Shown here: piece by piece, positions 1-12,136 of the stretch
Layout: each line of letters opens with the position of its first letter
Position numbering within the stretch: position 1 is the first letter of the stretch
Program-made: the position numbers and the translations under genes
From: Rhynchopus sp. YZ270_cl-10
Lineage: Eukaryota
Assembly (NCBI GenBank): GCA_964035575.1
Contig: OZ037840.1
Location: 124,001 to 188,000 of the forward strand
Direction: 5' to 3'
DNA length: 64,000 nucleotides
Notes under the pieces: generated by a model
The model's input: the letters and a program-made list of their open reading frames with translations, nothing else
Databases searched by the model: none
Told to the model about the DNA's origin: nothing

Positions 1-2805
1 GGAGTAGTCCCTGATACTCCGCAGCGGGTTGTGTGTATCCACATTGTGCCTCGCAGGCTTGTTCGTGTAGCTCATCGTCACTGTCTGGGTCAACCACCGC
101 CACGCGGTTCCATCGACCCACTGAAAGGTGTTCCTCTCTGCTGAGACGTACGATGTGTTTTTAGAGGGGTCCTCTCTGGACGCACCGATCCATACTGTGT
201 CGGTCACATTTTCTACCCAGAGGACATACATGGCAGCACGGTTCGCGCCGTCTGAAGCAAGCGCCACCATGTCCCCGCCACGCTCAGAACACTCCTCCCT
301 CGCGTACTCCCAGGTGGTCCGCAGGGGGATGTGGACAATCCCTGTACCTATGCTGCACTCCTCATGCCTGCCCTGCGCCATCCAGAAGCAGTCCCATTTG
401 TGCACCCAGGTGCCTCCGTTTGACAGCTTCTCGACACCAAGGCGCGCAGTGGAGAGGGTATGGTGGTTGGACTGAAAGACTTTGACACAACGGAGCTCGA
501 CTGACTCAGAGAAGACGAATGTGTATGACGCAACCTTGGGGCTGCAGCCAAGCCCGCTGGCGAACTCCCCACAGGAAACCGCAGCGCAGGTGCTGTCATC
601 GTTGTCGTTCGCGAGACTCGCATTCCCAAAGGTGTGCGCACGGAACGGAAACCCATGCACCTCCCAGGTGACACTCCCGTTCTGGTACACATCTTCGCTG
701 CAGGCGTCGTCGTAGTAGAAGGCCACCTCGCACACATGCCAACCAAACGTCACGTCGTCCAGGTTCGTTATGCGCCACACATTGTTCGGCGCAACAGACC
801 CCCTCCCCTCCCTGCGGAACCAACCCCCAAAGGTGAACCCCTCTGCACCTCCGAACACAGGGGTTCCCAGGTCCCCAGACCCTCCGGCACCGCCTAACGC
901 AGGTTCTGGGGTGCCGGTGGTGTTGTCTTCGTGATAGGAGACGAAGGGTGCGATGTTGAGCTTCTGGACGCCGATGGTGGCGCAATCCCCAGGGGAGGTC
1001 TCAGGCACGTCGATGTAGAAGGATGTGACGTTGCTGCAGCCGTTTGCACCGCAGTCGCGGTCGCTCACCTCCACCGCCTCAGAGCACGTTGCGAAGCAGC
1101 TGCAGCGGGATGTCGTGGTGTTCACATGGTGCGTTCCATACACCGCACCCTTGACCCCAGCGCACACATCCCTGCAGGCACAGAGTGACGAAGCTGTCAA
1201 CGCCATATCCACTGCTGCGACCAGCCCAGCCTCGGGGCATGTGTACCGCCTGACAGGGGTGTCCAAGCGGTGCGAGGAGGAGCCGTTCCCTACCGCTAGC
1301 GGGTGTGTGCAGGGTGTAGCGTGCAGAGCGCACAGCCCGGTCCACGCATAGTAGTCGATGCCTTCGCAGAGGGGTGTGCCCTCGCATCGGGATCTGCAGG
1401 TGTCAAGGCCGGCGCCGATCTCGCTGTTGACGGAGAAGGTGTCGAGGAGCGACCCCGTGCCGTTGGCGTTCTGCGCGCACGCCGCAGTGTCGCTTGTCAC
1501 CAACCAACGCCGTTCCGTGAAGAGCAGATGCGGGCACGGTGTGCACACCTCCCCGCTGTTCCCGCACGACACCGCGGTCACCGTCGCCGTCTCCTCCGCA
1601 TGGCATGCGCACACCCGGTAGCGTGTTTCGTTCCCTCCTGGGGGAGGCTCCGAGTCACACGTTGCGCCGGGTCCTGAGTGCAGGGCGTGACCATGCGAGC
1701 CCCAGACGCATCCAGACGCGTCTTCAGCCCCGATCGGTGTGACGCTGGTGTACGGCACGCCCAGACGTTGCATGGCCGCAGCGCAGGAGAGCCACGTGCT
1801 TGCGAGGGTCTCCATGGCCGCGTCGCACCCACCTCCGGTCAGACGCCTGCACGCATCCGAACAGACCTCATCACCCTCCGCAAGATACAGACACATCCCG
1901 CTGTGCGCAGCCCCGTGGTCGTTGCTCCCTGTTGCCAGGGCGACGTTGGGGAGCGAGACGCGCAGACACGCCTGGTCCATCGGTGCCTCCCGCAGCGCAA
2001 GCAACGTATGAGAATCAAGCGTCGCCGAGTACACCTGGAGAGCACGCACCGAACCACGAAACGGCGCATCCTGCACAACACTGTGCCCTATCGACAGATC
2101 TACATGGGACTGAGCAAACCCACCCTCTGCACGGGCCTGCACCACGCCATCCACTTCCAGCGTCATCTCCCCAGTCTCTGCTGCAAAGCTCAAGACCACC
2201 GACGCCCATGTATGCAACCTCGCGCGCGCACCCTTCAACGCAAAGGTGTGACTCCCATTCGCGATGTGCAGCTCCCAGGAGCTGTCGTGCAGCCATAGGC
2301 CGTACCCTGCGTCGTCGTTCTCTGTTGACAGCACTGCTTGATGCGAGGACGCAACCGGCCGCACTGCGACCACAACCGTCCAGGACGGACGCTGATACGT
2401 CGGGGAGTAAGCCACCACCCTGTAGTCCTCAGACATGCCACTGTACGACCGTTCCACGTTGTCCTCCAGCTCTGGGCTGAGCAAGCGATGATATGTCCCC
2501 GTAAAGTTCGCGCCCACACGAGGCATAAGGTGCCGCCCCAACACCGGGCATGCGGAGTACGACCAGCAGCTGCCCTCCTCGCGGAAGGTCACTGCCGAGC
2601 AGTTCCCTGTGCATGCAGTTGTGCAGGAGGCCAGCGTCGCACCGCTGCCTAGCGCGTTGATGAGGAAGCTGTCCCCGCAGGCCCACCCGCTTGCAACCTT
2701 CACAAACCCAGCCTCAGATGACACACAGCCAGCCGAGGAAAGCAGAAGCAGAAGCGACACTGCCACGGCATCGAACGGTGTGCATGAAGCACGTTCTCGC
2801 TGCAT
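1..2805 (-). CDS. Secreted/surface multidomain protein, 3'-truncated by the window edge: signal peptide, PAN/apple-like Cys modules, LamG/ConA-like domain, C-type-lectin-like domain
   Basis: Absent from the ORF track because it has no stop in the window. Manual translation from ATG 2805 is open to position 1 (935 codons). It begins MQRERASCTPFDAVAVSLLLLLSSAGCVSS and includes CTTACTGNCSAVTF...SCWSY and CRSRCEGTPLCEGIDYY...CAL (PAN-like), WASVVLSF...MTLEVDG...SIG...FRGSVRALQVYSATL (LamG-like) and TWEYAREECSERGGDMVAL...VWIGA...FQWVDGT (CTL-like). Confidence 0.8.
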   Translation of the reverse strand, partial: MQRERASCTPFDAVAVSLLLLLSSAGCVSSEAGFVKVASGWACGDSFLINALGSGATLASCTTACTGNCSAVTFREEGSCWSYSACPVLGRHLMPRVGANFTGTYHRLLSPELEDNVERSYSGMSEDYRVVAYSPTYQRPSWTVVVAVRPVASSHQAVLSTENDDAGYGLWLHDSSWELHIANGSHTFALKGARARLHTWASVVLSFAAETGEMTLEVDGVVQARAEGGFAQSHVDLSIGHSVVQDAPFRGSVRALQVYSATLDSHTLLALREAPMDQACLRVSLPNVALATGSNDHGAAHSGMCLYLAEGDEVCSDACRRLTGGGCDAAMETLASTWLSCAAAMQRLGVPYTSVTPIGAEDASGCVWGSHGHALHSGPGATCDSEPPPGGNETRYRVCACHAEETATVTAVSCGNSGEVCTPCPHLLFTERRWLVTSDTAACAQNANGTGSLLDTFSVNSEIGAGLDTCRSRCEGTPLCEGIDYYAWTGLCALHATPCTHPLAVGNGSSSHRLDTPVRRYTCPEAGLVAAVDMALTASSLCACRDVCAGVKGAVYGTHHVNTTTSRCSCFATCSEAVEVSDRDCGANGCSNVTSFYIDVPETSPGDCATIGVQKLNIAPFVSYHEDNTTGTPEPALGGAGGSGDLGTPVFGGAEGFTFGGWFRREGRGSVAPNNVWRITNLDDVTFGWHVCEVAFYYDDACSEDVYQNGSVTWEVHGFPFRAHTFGNASLANDNDDSTCAAVSCGEFASGLGCSPKVASYTFVFSESVELRCVKVFQSNHHTLSTARLGVEKLSNGGTWVHKWDCFWMAQGRHEECSIGTGIVHIPLRTTWEYAREECSERGGDMVALASDGANRAAMYVLWVENVTDTVWIGASREDPSKNTSYVSAERNTFQWVDGTAWRWLTQTVTMSYTNKPARHNVDTHNPLRSIRDYS

Positions 2806-5125
2806 AGGGAAGGGTACTGCACGCACCCCTAGTCAAATGGGGTGCCTGCAAAAAGGGGGCGCTGGTGAAGGAAGCGGGGGAAGGGGGAAACGGTGTGAGG
2901 GGGTGGAGGGTTGTCCTGTGGTGAGAGGTGAGAGAGAGGGGGAAGAAGATTTAGATTAATGATACAAAAAAAAGGAAACGAAAGTTTGTAAGATGAACGT
3001 CACGCATATCTATAAAAAAGAATCGATTTCAGTTCACAGAATTGAAAGTATTTGAGAGGGTCAACACAGTGCACCCTTTCTTTTGGAAGAGAAAGTATAC
3101 AAAAAGGATGTTCAAAAAACAACGATACATTCCTTCTAAAAACGGCAGCCAGCCCCATCGAGCAGAGACAACAACACCGCCGTCATGGCGGCGGGGTGAT
3201 AGCATGCGAATCACCACTGCCATCTACGGACAGATCCGAGAGACACACCCCGACTCCTCGCCATTCAGACGCTCTGCAGAAGAGCAATCAAAGCAGCCAC
3301 ATGACCATATCGTATCGATGCATATATGGAACCCTCCAGCATTCAATTCAAGGACCCAGGGTGGGTAGAGATGACGCTAGCGCCTCCCCAAAAAGGACGT
3401 CGTTGAGCAGCTGGCAAGCTCGGGGTTTGAGGAGGTTGAATAGCACACAGGGTTGTGCCCTCCTTCAAACTGGCCAGCTTTGATGAAGGGCAACGAGGCG
3501 AAGCACACTGCCCTGCAGAATGTCGGTTGCGCTTGCTGGAGTGGTGCTCAGTACTATCGGAGCGCAAAGGCAGATGGGGTCTGCTTTACAGAACCGAATC
3601 TCGTTGCGCGTCTGTGTTCCGTGAAAAAATGTGGACCCTGCAGCCACACACCGCGCTTGGGAGTCCACGCAGAAGAACAGCGGTCCCCTCATTCCATTGT
3701 GACTAGGGCCACCCTTTTCGACACGGCTGATAGCATGGGAGGTAGGCACACTGTGTCTGCTTGGCAGAAGGATTGCATAGGCAGACTTTTTTGTCTCCGG
3801 AAGCACATCTGGGACGCTCTCATTTTCCGTGATCAGACAACTGTGGCAACAACCAGGAGGAAACAGGGAAAGAATATAAAGGGAGAGGGGCTGTTGTTGA
3901 ACTCACATGACACATACGCACACTGTGATTGTTTTCTTATTTTATTTCATTTTCAGGAAGAGAGCTAAAACGAAAACATTCCCAGATGCACATAAGCCCG
4001 CTGTGGTGCTGTGCCATCTGCACCAATGGGAGTGTTTCCGCGTACACGTACCGGGGTGCCTGAGGGGGTGGGTCGGATATAGTCAAGGGTTCTGTCTCAA
4101 GAGATTGTGCAGAAGAAAAACAAAGGAACGTTGACAGATGCATAAACTACCACACAACGACAATACAGTAGTGCGGTGCATTAGTCATTTGTTTCATTCC
4201 TGAGGCACTATCTGAGTGGATACGTTACATTAAATAAAAGACAGGTTTAGTTAAGATGAACCCAAGTCTACAAAGCTTAGTCTGATTAGACTACTGGTTT
4301 GAACATTGGTTATTTCATCAATCTTTTTTTTTGTTGTATTTTTGGATGAGATGAACCAAGCCTACGGAGAGTGCTTAGCCACCTTACAAAATGGTAGCGA
4401 TTGACGCAGGCACCTTCCTACTGGGCCTATATGTACGATTAAGACACACAAAAACAATAACCCGCGGCTATTTGCCCACCAATTCTTAGGTAGTAAAAGG
4501 CACGGCTTCGATAAGAAGTCAAGATGACATAGGCGGGGAGGAGGGGGAGGGGAGGGAGGATCCTGCCTGGTACAGAGAGGGTGACTCGCAACACTCTCGA
4601 TACGGCGGCTGGGGAAGCCTTTTTTTTTTGTGCGTTGCACGCAAAATACGGACAATAAAATGCCACTCAGCTCAGGAAGATGTGCGACACAAAGAGGATA
4701 GGGTGAGGAATGCAAAAGTGGATCACGTTCCCTTCCAAGAGAAGACACAGCATTGAGAGTAGCGTAGAAAAGGGTTCTGGCCACACTTATGCTGTCTCCT
4801 TCACAGATGGATGTGCCTGGAGCACGCATCAAAAAAATAGAATATAAGAAATACACTCAAAGTACCTCAACAAAACCTTGGAGGACATGCGTAGTAGAAC
4901 ACCAGGCATCTGTCTAGGCGGGATTGATAAGCGTACCTGCTGTATGTATGACGAGAGTTTCACAAGTGCACAAAAATAAAATAGTAAGAGTTGAAAAGCA
5001 AATCCATAAGAAAAGGGAAAAGAGAAATCGTGGTGAGATGACTCCAAGCCTCTCGTGCTCAGTCTCACCTACAAATATACAATACGTCCACGGACATGCC
5101 ACTTCACACATCACACCACCCACAC

Positions 5126-6358
5126 CTACGCAAGCGTGAAGCGGTACATGCGGCTGTCGTGCTCTGTGATGGAGTCGGTGGTGAACTGGCCTGCCACCTT
5201 CACAAGGTCCTTCTGCTGGTACAGGTCACGCACAGACACAGTGTCCGTTGCTGCAAACCCAAAGTCGGTGAAGGTGAACGTCACAGTTGCAGCAGTCGTG
5301 GTGTTGCTAATGGCCAGTGCTGCCTGGTCCTTGTCACCAAGCACCTTCCCCCACACCTGGAACCCAGCAGGCTTCTCGTTCACAAGACGTCCCGGGTGGC
5401 CTGCCCACGTCTGCGACACAGACAGCACCTCCTTGTTGCTGATGATGTCCCACACACGGCTCACAATCGCGTCGTTCGTCACGTCAAAGCCAAGGATGAG
5501 CGGGCTCGAGGTGATCACCCAAGCAGAGAAGTGCGAGCGGTCCTCTGCGTAGTTCGCAAGGTTCCCCACCTCAAGCATGTCGGGGTACGCCCATGTGCCT
5601 GGGCGGGAGAGGGGAGGGTTGCCCTGGAACTTTGTTGTCGTCTGCAGGTTGCTGAAGATGCTTCTCCAGCTGCTTTGGATGTCTGTGGAGGAGCGGAAGA
5701 AGTTGTACGCACAGTCCGACACACCAGAGTCACCCTTGCAGGGCGCGTCTCCTGTCGTCTGCCCAGGCACGGTGCCTCCCCAGTGGCAGTTCTCAATCAT
5801 GATCGGGCGTCCTGTTGCGTTCAGCAGCTGTGCCCACTGTGTCAGGTTCCGGAACTGTCCACACCCATCCAGCTTCACACCGTCGAAGCCGTACTCCGCA
5901 ACTGCCTTCGCAGACTGCTCCATGTGCTTCTCGATGTAGCTCGCACCTGTGAACTTCTTCTCGGCACAGATGCAGTTGTTCATGTACCACCCCACCTTCA
6001 GGTTCTTGCTGTGGCCGTGGTCCGTCATCGCCTTCATGTCGGGGAACGTCGCCTTGTTGATGAGCGGGATGCCGTCAGCGTCGTGGAAGGAGCCGTTCAG
6101 CCCAGTGCCACACGCCTGCCAGTTGTCGTCAAGACCAATGTTCACGAACCCCAGGTCCGCAATGCTGGTGGGCTTCCCGTCAACGGTGTGCTTGCGAACA
6201 GACACTGCATCCATGACACCCTCCATCAGTGTCTGGTTCACCTTGGCATGGTAGCAGTTCCACGAGCGCCACCCCATAGGGGGCAGAAGACCTATCCCGT
6301 TGTCAACGGCAGACGCACTCCCGGCAAGCAGCAGCAGCAGCGACGAGGCGACACGCAT
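5126..6358 (-). CDS. Secreted alpha-galactosidase (glycoside hydrolase family 27), 410 aa
   Basis: Signal peptide MRVASSLLLLLAGSASA, then DNGIGLLPPMGWRSWN, IGLDDNW, GVKLDGC (nucleophile Asp), RSSTDI (acid/base Asp), YPDMLEVGN and a C-terminal beta domain. The ORF-track extension to 6898 runs through a MITE and is not credible. Confidence 0.93.
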   Translation of the reverse strand: MRVASSLLLLLAGSASAVDNGIGLLPPMGWRSWNCYHAKVNQTLMEGVMDAVSVRKHTVDGKPTSIADLGFVNIGLDDNWQACGTGLNGSFHDADGIPLINKATFPDMKAMTDHGHSKNLKVGWYMNNCICAEKKFTGASYIEKHMEQSAKAVAEYGFDGVKLDGCGQFRNLTQWAQLLNATGRPIMIENCHWGGTVPGQTTGDAPCKGDSGVSDCAYNFFRSSTDIQSSWRSIFSNLQTTTKFQGNPPLSRPGTWAYPDMLEVGNLANYAEDRSHFSAWVITSSPLILGFDVTNDAIVSRVWDIISNKEVLSVSQTWAGHPGRLVNEKPAGFQVWGKVLGDKDQAALAISNTTTAATVTFTFTDFGFAATDTVSVRDLYQQKDLVKVAGQFTTDSITEHDSRMYRFTLA

Positions 6359-6520
6359 CTTGTGTTGTTTGGTTTGGGTTAGCTTTTTGTGTTGTTTTGT
6401 CTGCAACAACTGTTGTGGTTGTGTCGGGGCGAGAGGGAATGGAGAAGGAACACAAGAACTTGCGGGGCATCTGGAGATTCTTGAACTCACATGACACATA
6501 AGCACACACTCCAACAATTT

Positions 6521-7161
6521 CAGGGTATTAGGGTGGTTAAAAAAACTGGTTTTGAAAACCAGTTTTTCCAAAAACTGGTTTTCAAAAAAAAAAAAAAAAA
6601 AAAACAGAGAAATCTGGAGGGGAAAAAAAAACCGACACTTTTCACCAGGCCTTTCTGTAAATGTCGTCCCCAGATTAGGGCGAACTCTATTTTTTTCCCC
6701 ACATCTTTTCCCCGCCTGGTAGAACCGTGGTTGAACCACGGGAGTGCCTTTGGGAAATGGCTGTTCCTTGATTTTTTTTTGCCTGCGGCGCCATTTTTTA
6801 TTTTTTGCTCCGCAAAAAAGGGTTCGTTTGAGTGGCTCTGTGGTGTAAAAAGCTAGATTTTGCAGCGTACCCTCAAAAATTTTCGCCTGCGGCGCCATAT
6901 TATATTATTTTTTTGCCCCGCAAAAAAAAAAGACAGTCCCTATGTTCCCAATGTCTACCCTGGGTCAGCAGCGCCGAAAAATATTTTGAAAGCTGGATTC
7001 CTGGATAAGACACTGACCCCACCCCCGAAAAACCCGAAAAAGGTGACTGTGTCCGTCAACGGTGGAGGTTTTCCCCGGAAACACTAGTTTTCGCCACCCA
7101 GGAGAGAAAACCAGAAAAACCAGTTTTTTCCGGAATTTTGGATTTTCACCCTAATACCCTG
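6521..7161. mobile_element. Non-autonomous hAT-type MITE
   Basis: TIR CAGGGTATTAGGGTG / CACCCTAATACCCTG with a perfect 8-bp TSD AACAATTT (6513-6520 and 7162-7169). Confidence 0.9.
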
Positions 7162-7505
7162 AACAATTTATCAAAAAAAAAAAAAAAAAGGGATTTTTGT
7201 TTCGGTGCCCATATTGTGTTGTGGCCCAGGTGAAGCAAGATGCAGAGGCACAAAAAGGAACTTCAAAAATTGGAGCTGGGGGTTTGTGTGCTGTTTTACA
7301 TTGTACTTTCGTTTCCCTGCCCGGTGCAACGGAAGTTGACCTTTGGGAGGAAGAGCGGGAGAGAGCAGTGGGGGGGAAGGAGGGTGAATTTGAAAAATAA
7401 AACAAAAAGTAAAAAACTTAAATCTGTTATCAATCCACCGATAATGCTGGGGGGAAAAAAAAGGAAAGCAGGGTTGTTTCTAGGGGGGTCGGGGGGGGGG
7501 GGTTA

Positions 7506-8700
7506 GGGGAGGGTCACTGCACGTTAAATCTCTCGATAAATGCGATTTTTCCGATTTTGATCCTCAGAACCGCAGAAGTCCCCGAAAACTATACCAAACC
7601 ACCTAGGGGACCCAAAAAACGCACCAGCGACCCAGTTTTGACACAGAAACACTCAGATGATGCCTGAAATGCAATTTTAAAAGAGTGCCTACAGAACTTG
7701 TACCTGCCCACCCCCGTAGACAGAGCAACTCACGCATCCATCACGCCTCAGTGTGGGCCAGGGGCCAGAAAAGCCCCCAAAGCCACATATTTTCACCCCA
7801 GAACCTATCCCGAGGGGTACCCAGGCTGTTTCGGGGTGTTTAGAGGGACTTGGTGGAACTTAGAACCATGTTTCAAAAAGGGTACAAGTACTGTGCCAAG
7901 GGTTTGCCCTCTCAAGGGACCAAGTACTTGTACCCTTTTTGAAACATGGTTCTAAGTTCCACCAAGTCCCTCTAAACACCCCGAAACAGCCTGGGTACCC
8001 CTCGGGATAGGTTCTGGGGTGAAAATATGTGGCTTTGGGGGCTTTTCTGGCCCCTGGCCCACACTGAGGCGTGATGGATGCGTGAGTTGCTCTATCTACA
8101 GGGGGGGTGGGCAAGGTACAAGTTGGTGGTCACTTTTAAAAAATGCAAAAAAGTCGCTCAGAAGTGGTCAAAAGTGCCCAAAACCGGGCGGAATTCGATT
8201 TTTGGGGTCCAAATGGGCCTATGGTGTGGTTTTTTTGACCTCAGGGGGTATTTTTTGATTTATTGCCTACTTCACGTTTTTTGACGGCTTCAGATACCTT
8301 AGGGTGGGAAAACCCTTGGTACCAGGTGCGTGACACTTTTTGAAACATAGTTCTAAGTTCCACCAAGTCCCTCTAAACACCCCGAAACAGCCTGGGTACC
8401 CCTCGGGATAGGTTCTGGGGTGAAAATATGTGGCTTTGGGGGCTTTTCTGGCCCCTGGCCCACACTGAGGCGTGATGAATGTGTGATTTGCTCTATCTAC
8501 GGGGGTGGGCAGGTACAAGTTCTGTAGGCATTTTTTTAAAATTGCATTTCAGGCATCATCTGAGTATTTCTGTGTCAAAACTGGGGCGCTGGTGCGTTTT
8601 TTGGGTCCCCTAGGTGGTTTGGTATAGTTTTCGGGGACTTCTGCGGTTCTGAGGATCAAAATCGGAAAAATCGCATTTATCGAGTACAGTGACCCTCCCC
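7506..8700. mobile_element. Long-TIR foldback-type element (family A, copy 1), TA-flanked
   Basis: Ends GGGGAGGGTCACTG / CAGTGACCCTCCCC, each flanked by TA. Inverted arms run for several hundred bp and there is an internal ~190-bp-arm palindrome (about 7697-8123). An inverted copy lies at 12137-13329. Confidence 0.85.
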
Positions 8701-8761
8701 TACGGGGGGGGGTCACTGACCCCCCCCAGATTCTGGGGGGTCAAATTGACCCCCCCCGGGG

Positions 8762-9238
8762 CATACCTTCGCAAATTTATGACGTAGCGCGTAGCGCGTA
8801 GCGGGGGGGGACGTAGCGGGGGGGAGATAAGGTAGCGTACATGACGTAACGTAACGTAGCGTACATAACGTAGCGTACATGACGTAGCGTACATGACGTA
8901 GCGCACATAACGTAGCGTACATGACATAGCGTACATAACGTAGCGTACATGACGTAGCGTACATGGCGTAGCGTTCATAACGTACATGACGTAGCGCACA
9001 TAGCGTGCGTACGTTCATCGCGGCCAGATTTGACGAAATTTAATGTGCCAAGAACTTGTCCAATTTTCGAAATTGACCCCACGGTGGAAAGATCAGTGAT
9101 CCGAAAATGCAAATAACAGCACTTTTGGCCACATTCTCCACACGGGTGTAACATTCCCTGTACAAAAGGCTCACGACCCCTATTCGCAAAAGGGGACGTA
9201 GCGCCACCCCAAAATCAGGGTCAATTTGCGAAGGTATG
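8762..9238. mobile_element. MITE with CATA..TATG ends and 8-bp TSD (P- or hAT-like), containing a minisatellite
   Basis: TIR CATACCTTCGCAAATT / AATTTGCGAAGGTATG; TSD CCCCGGGG on both sides. Confidence 0.8.
8779..9012. repeat. Minisatellite of ~15-bp ATGACGTAGCGTAC-like units
   Basis: Tandem degenerate (a)tgacgtagcgtac / ataacgtagcgtac units; these produce the spurious YVMYAT ORFs. Confidence 0.85.
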
Positions 9239-9260
9239 CCCCGGGGGGGGGGGGGGGGTA

Positions 9261-11272
9261 GGGGCGGTCAAATGGGTGATACAAACCCACTTTTTTCAGT
9301 TTTCGATAAAAACGCATTTCTAAGTGAATCTGACCCGAAAATGTGACACATATCGTGTGGAAAACTGTTTGTCGGTCGGTTTTGACCCATTTTTCGGGCC
9401 CAGGAGGTGCTAAAACGTGAAAATTGAAAAATTGCCCATGATTGGTACCCCACGTTAAGTCGTTAAGGATTTCCTTAACGATTTCCTTAACGATTTTCCA
9501 ATTTTTGACTATTTTTGCATATTTTCACACGGAACTGCCCAAAATTAGAGAGTTTTGCCCCGAAAACAGGGTATCGTCAATTTTTGAGCAAAAAAATCGC
9601 AAAAAAAAATGAAAAAAATCGGAATTTAATTCCTTAACCCTTTACGGACCACGACCGATTTTTTCGATTTGCTAGGATCTTCTCTCCCGTAGGTAAAATG
9701 TGATCTGATGCATATTTTTGATCGTACCTGGCCGCAATTGAAAGATTTTGAGCAGATCTTTCAAATGGAGCAGAAATCGAAATAAAATGAGAAAAATGGA
9801 AAATGGAAAATTGAGGAGAGCTGATATTTTTTTCTGAAAATTTTGAAGAAAAAAATTATTCCGGCTGCGCACCTGTTTTTTCGGTTTTCGAAAATGGCTT
9901 TATTTGAAAGATCGGTTCAAAATCTTTCAAAAGAAAAAAAAATCGATCAAAAAGTTCTAGTAGATAATGTCTCACTGCATGGAGAGAAGGTACCAACCAA
10001 CTACATATACCGTAATTGTACAGAGGTTGGACAGTACAAAAGTTGGGGCTTTTGGGACTTTTGGCCAACTTGGCATGGTGCTGAACAAAGGTGAACGCCG
10101 CATCCCACGCACATGTAATCTGTTTTCAGACGCCTGTTTCCCAAGCAAGAAGAAGTTGTCGACCAACACCCTCCTGCCAGTGTCTCTGTACCTTGACCGT
10201 GTTGATATAGATTTTGTACCCCTCCCTGTGGCTTTCCGTACCCTCCCGCCGAAATTTCGAAGGGACCCTCCGAAAAAAATTTTTTTGGTCGCGAAAATCG
10301 GTCCAAAAACGGTCTAGATTGCCCCATGCGTGGCATTCCGGGCAATTTGAGGGCAATTTGGCGTGCAAGAGCCATGTGTGGGGCACCATGTGCCCCCATG
10401 CTGCACCCCTTATACAGGGTTTTTACAGGCAAAAAATGAAAAACGACAGTCGGGCACAAAAAGCCACGGATCGGGGCACAAAGTTACATCCCACCCTCCC
10501 TTGGCCCTCGGGACTCCTTTCGGGAGGTCAGGGCTTCCCTCGGGCCTTCGGCCCTCGGGGAGCCCTGACCTCCCTCAAGGGTCCCTCGGGCTTTGGCGGG
10601 AGGGAGGGAAATAACCATTCTGTACAATGTTCCTCAAAAGACAAAATGCAATAAATACACGGAGAAGAGGCACATCCAGTTCAGGGTCAGGAACTGCAAC
10701 TACGCGTGTTACTTTGCCCAGTCGCGGGTATTTTCCATTATTTTAGTTTCGTTCTGAAGACCGTACAAAATGGTTCCCTGCACACCAAAGTTTGAATCCT
10801 CTGATGACTCAAGCGCGTCAGAATGGTACATTATTCCCCAAAAATGACCCAAAATACCCTATTATGTGATAATGCCGGGTGTGGATGAGAGGGGATGAGA
10901 GCGTCAAAAAAAATCGAATCTTGCGTCTTTTGAAAGATTTCGCACAAAATCTTCTCATTTAAAAAAAAAATCTTCAAAAAGTCCTAGTGGAAGCCAATTT
11001 AGGTGGTTGCGTGGACATATATGTCCCCTCTGGTCCTTAAAGGGTTAAGGAATTGGTGGGGCCGGTACCAGTCATGGGCAATTTTTTTTTTTTTTTGGAA
11101 TTTCACCATTTGGGGTGCATGTGATCCCCCTCTGGCGTGAAAACCACCCCCCACGATGTTTTTGAGAGGTTCTTGGTCAAAATTTCTACTCAATCATCCA
11201 AAATAATGCGTTTTTATCAAAAACTCGAAAAATGACGTTTGTATCGTTTTTTTAAGTGCATTTGACCCCCCC
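9261..11272. mobile_element. TA-flanked non-autonomous TIR element (family C) interrupted by a piggyBac
   Basis: Ends GGGGCGGTCAAATG / CATTTGACCCCCCC flanked by TA; internal inverted match ATTGCCCATGATTGGTACC / GGTACCAGTCATGGGCAAT. Confidence 0.7.
9638..11044 (-). mobile_element. Internally deleted piggyBac element retaining a transposase C-terminal Cys-rich domain remnant
   Basis: TTAA|CCCTTTACGGACCA ... TGGTCCTTAAAGGG|TTAA. The minus-strand peptide KTDYMCVGCGVHLCSAPC (about 10074-10127) matches the piggyBac CRD pattern. Confidence 0.85.
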
Positions 11273-11276
11273 TAGG

Positions 11277-12107
11277 CATACTGTGCGGGCGAGTAAAAAA
11301 AACTCGCCTACTCGCCAAAAACTCGCCTAAAACTCGCCCATTTTTGGGGGGCGAGTTTTGGCGAGTTTTTTTTTTTTGGTAGGGATTTTACCTTGGGAAA
11401 AGTGTACACACGAAAATATGAGGGAAATTTGAGTTTTGAAGAGAAAATTTTTTTCGTTCCACTTGAACAAGACCTCTACAGTTTGCTTTGTAGGCTTCCA
11501 CAACCAGTACCACCAGTCCAGCTGTAGCTTCTGCGGATCCATGAAGTTTGCACAGATGGGTGCGATGTAGTCGTGGTGGAATACCGCCAAGGGGTTGACT
11601 GCAGGGTTGCCATTTACCGGCATGGCGAGGACATTGTTGTATAGCGAGTGTAGCCCCGGCTCATGTCTTCGTCATCCTCCGGATTGTAGCACGTCTTGTC
11701 CCCCGGGATCTATGGCACGCTTGGATCTTCCCCTGGAGCAAATGTTTACATACATGCCTGTCAGCCACTGCCGTGACATGGTTGCCTTTAGACGTACAAG
11801 TGACACAATTTCAATTTTTTTGTGTGTTTTCGAGTGGCATGTTGTCATCAGTCACCCCCGCCCTCCATTTTCACATCCTGGTGCACATTTTCACCCCCAA
11901 GGTGCGTATGTGCACCAGGATTTGCACCCAAATGTGGGCGAGTTTAGGCGAGTTTAGGCGAGTTTTTGGCGAGTTTAGGCGAGTTTTGGCGAGTTTTTGG
12001 CGAGTAATAGGCGAGTAATGGGCGAGTAGGGCGAGTTTTTGGCGAGTTTTTCCTGAAAATCAGGAAAACGAAAAACTCGCCTAAAAACGGCTCGCCTGCA
12101 CAGTATG
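11277..12107. mobile_element. MITE family D (CATACTGTGC ends, 6-bp TSD), copy 1
   Basis: TIR CATACTGTGCGGGCGAG / CTCGCCTGCACAGTATG; TSD CCTAGG; subterminal arrays of GGCGAGT/ACTCGCC. Confidence 0.88.
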
Positions 12108-12136
12108 CCTAGGGGGGGGGGGGGGGGGGGGGGGTA

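Noticed and set aside
2960..5120. Short ORFs between the lectin-like gene and GH27
   Set aside because: No coding signature or recognisable motif; treated as intergenic or UTR.
6359..6898. 180-aa N-terminal extension of GH27 in the ORF track
   Set aside because: It reads through a MITE and poly-T; the signal peptide begins at 6358.
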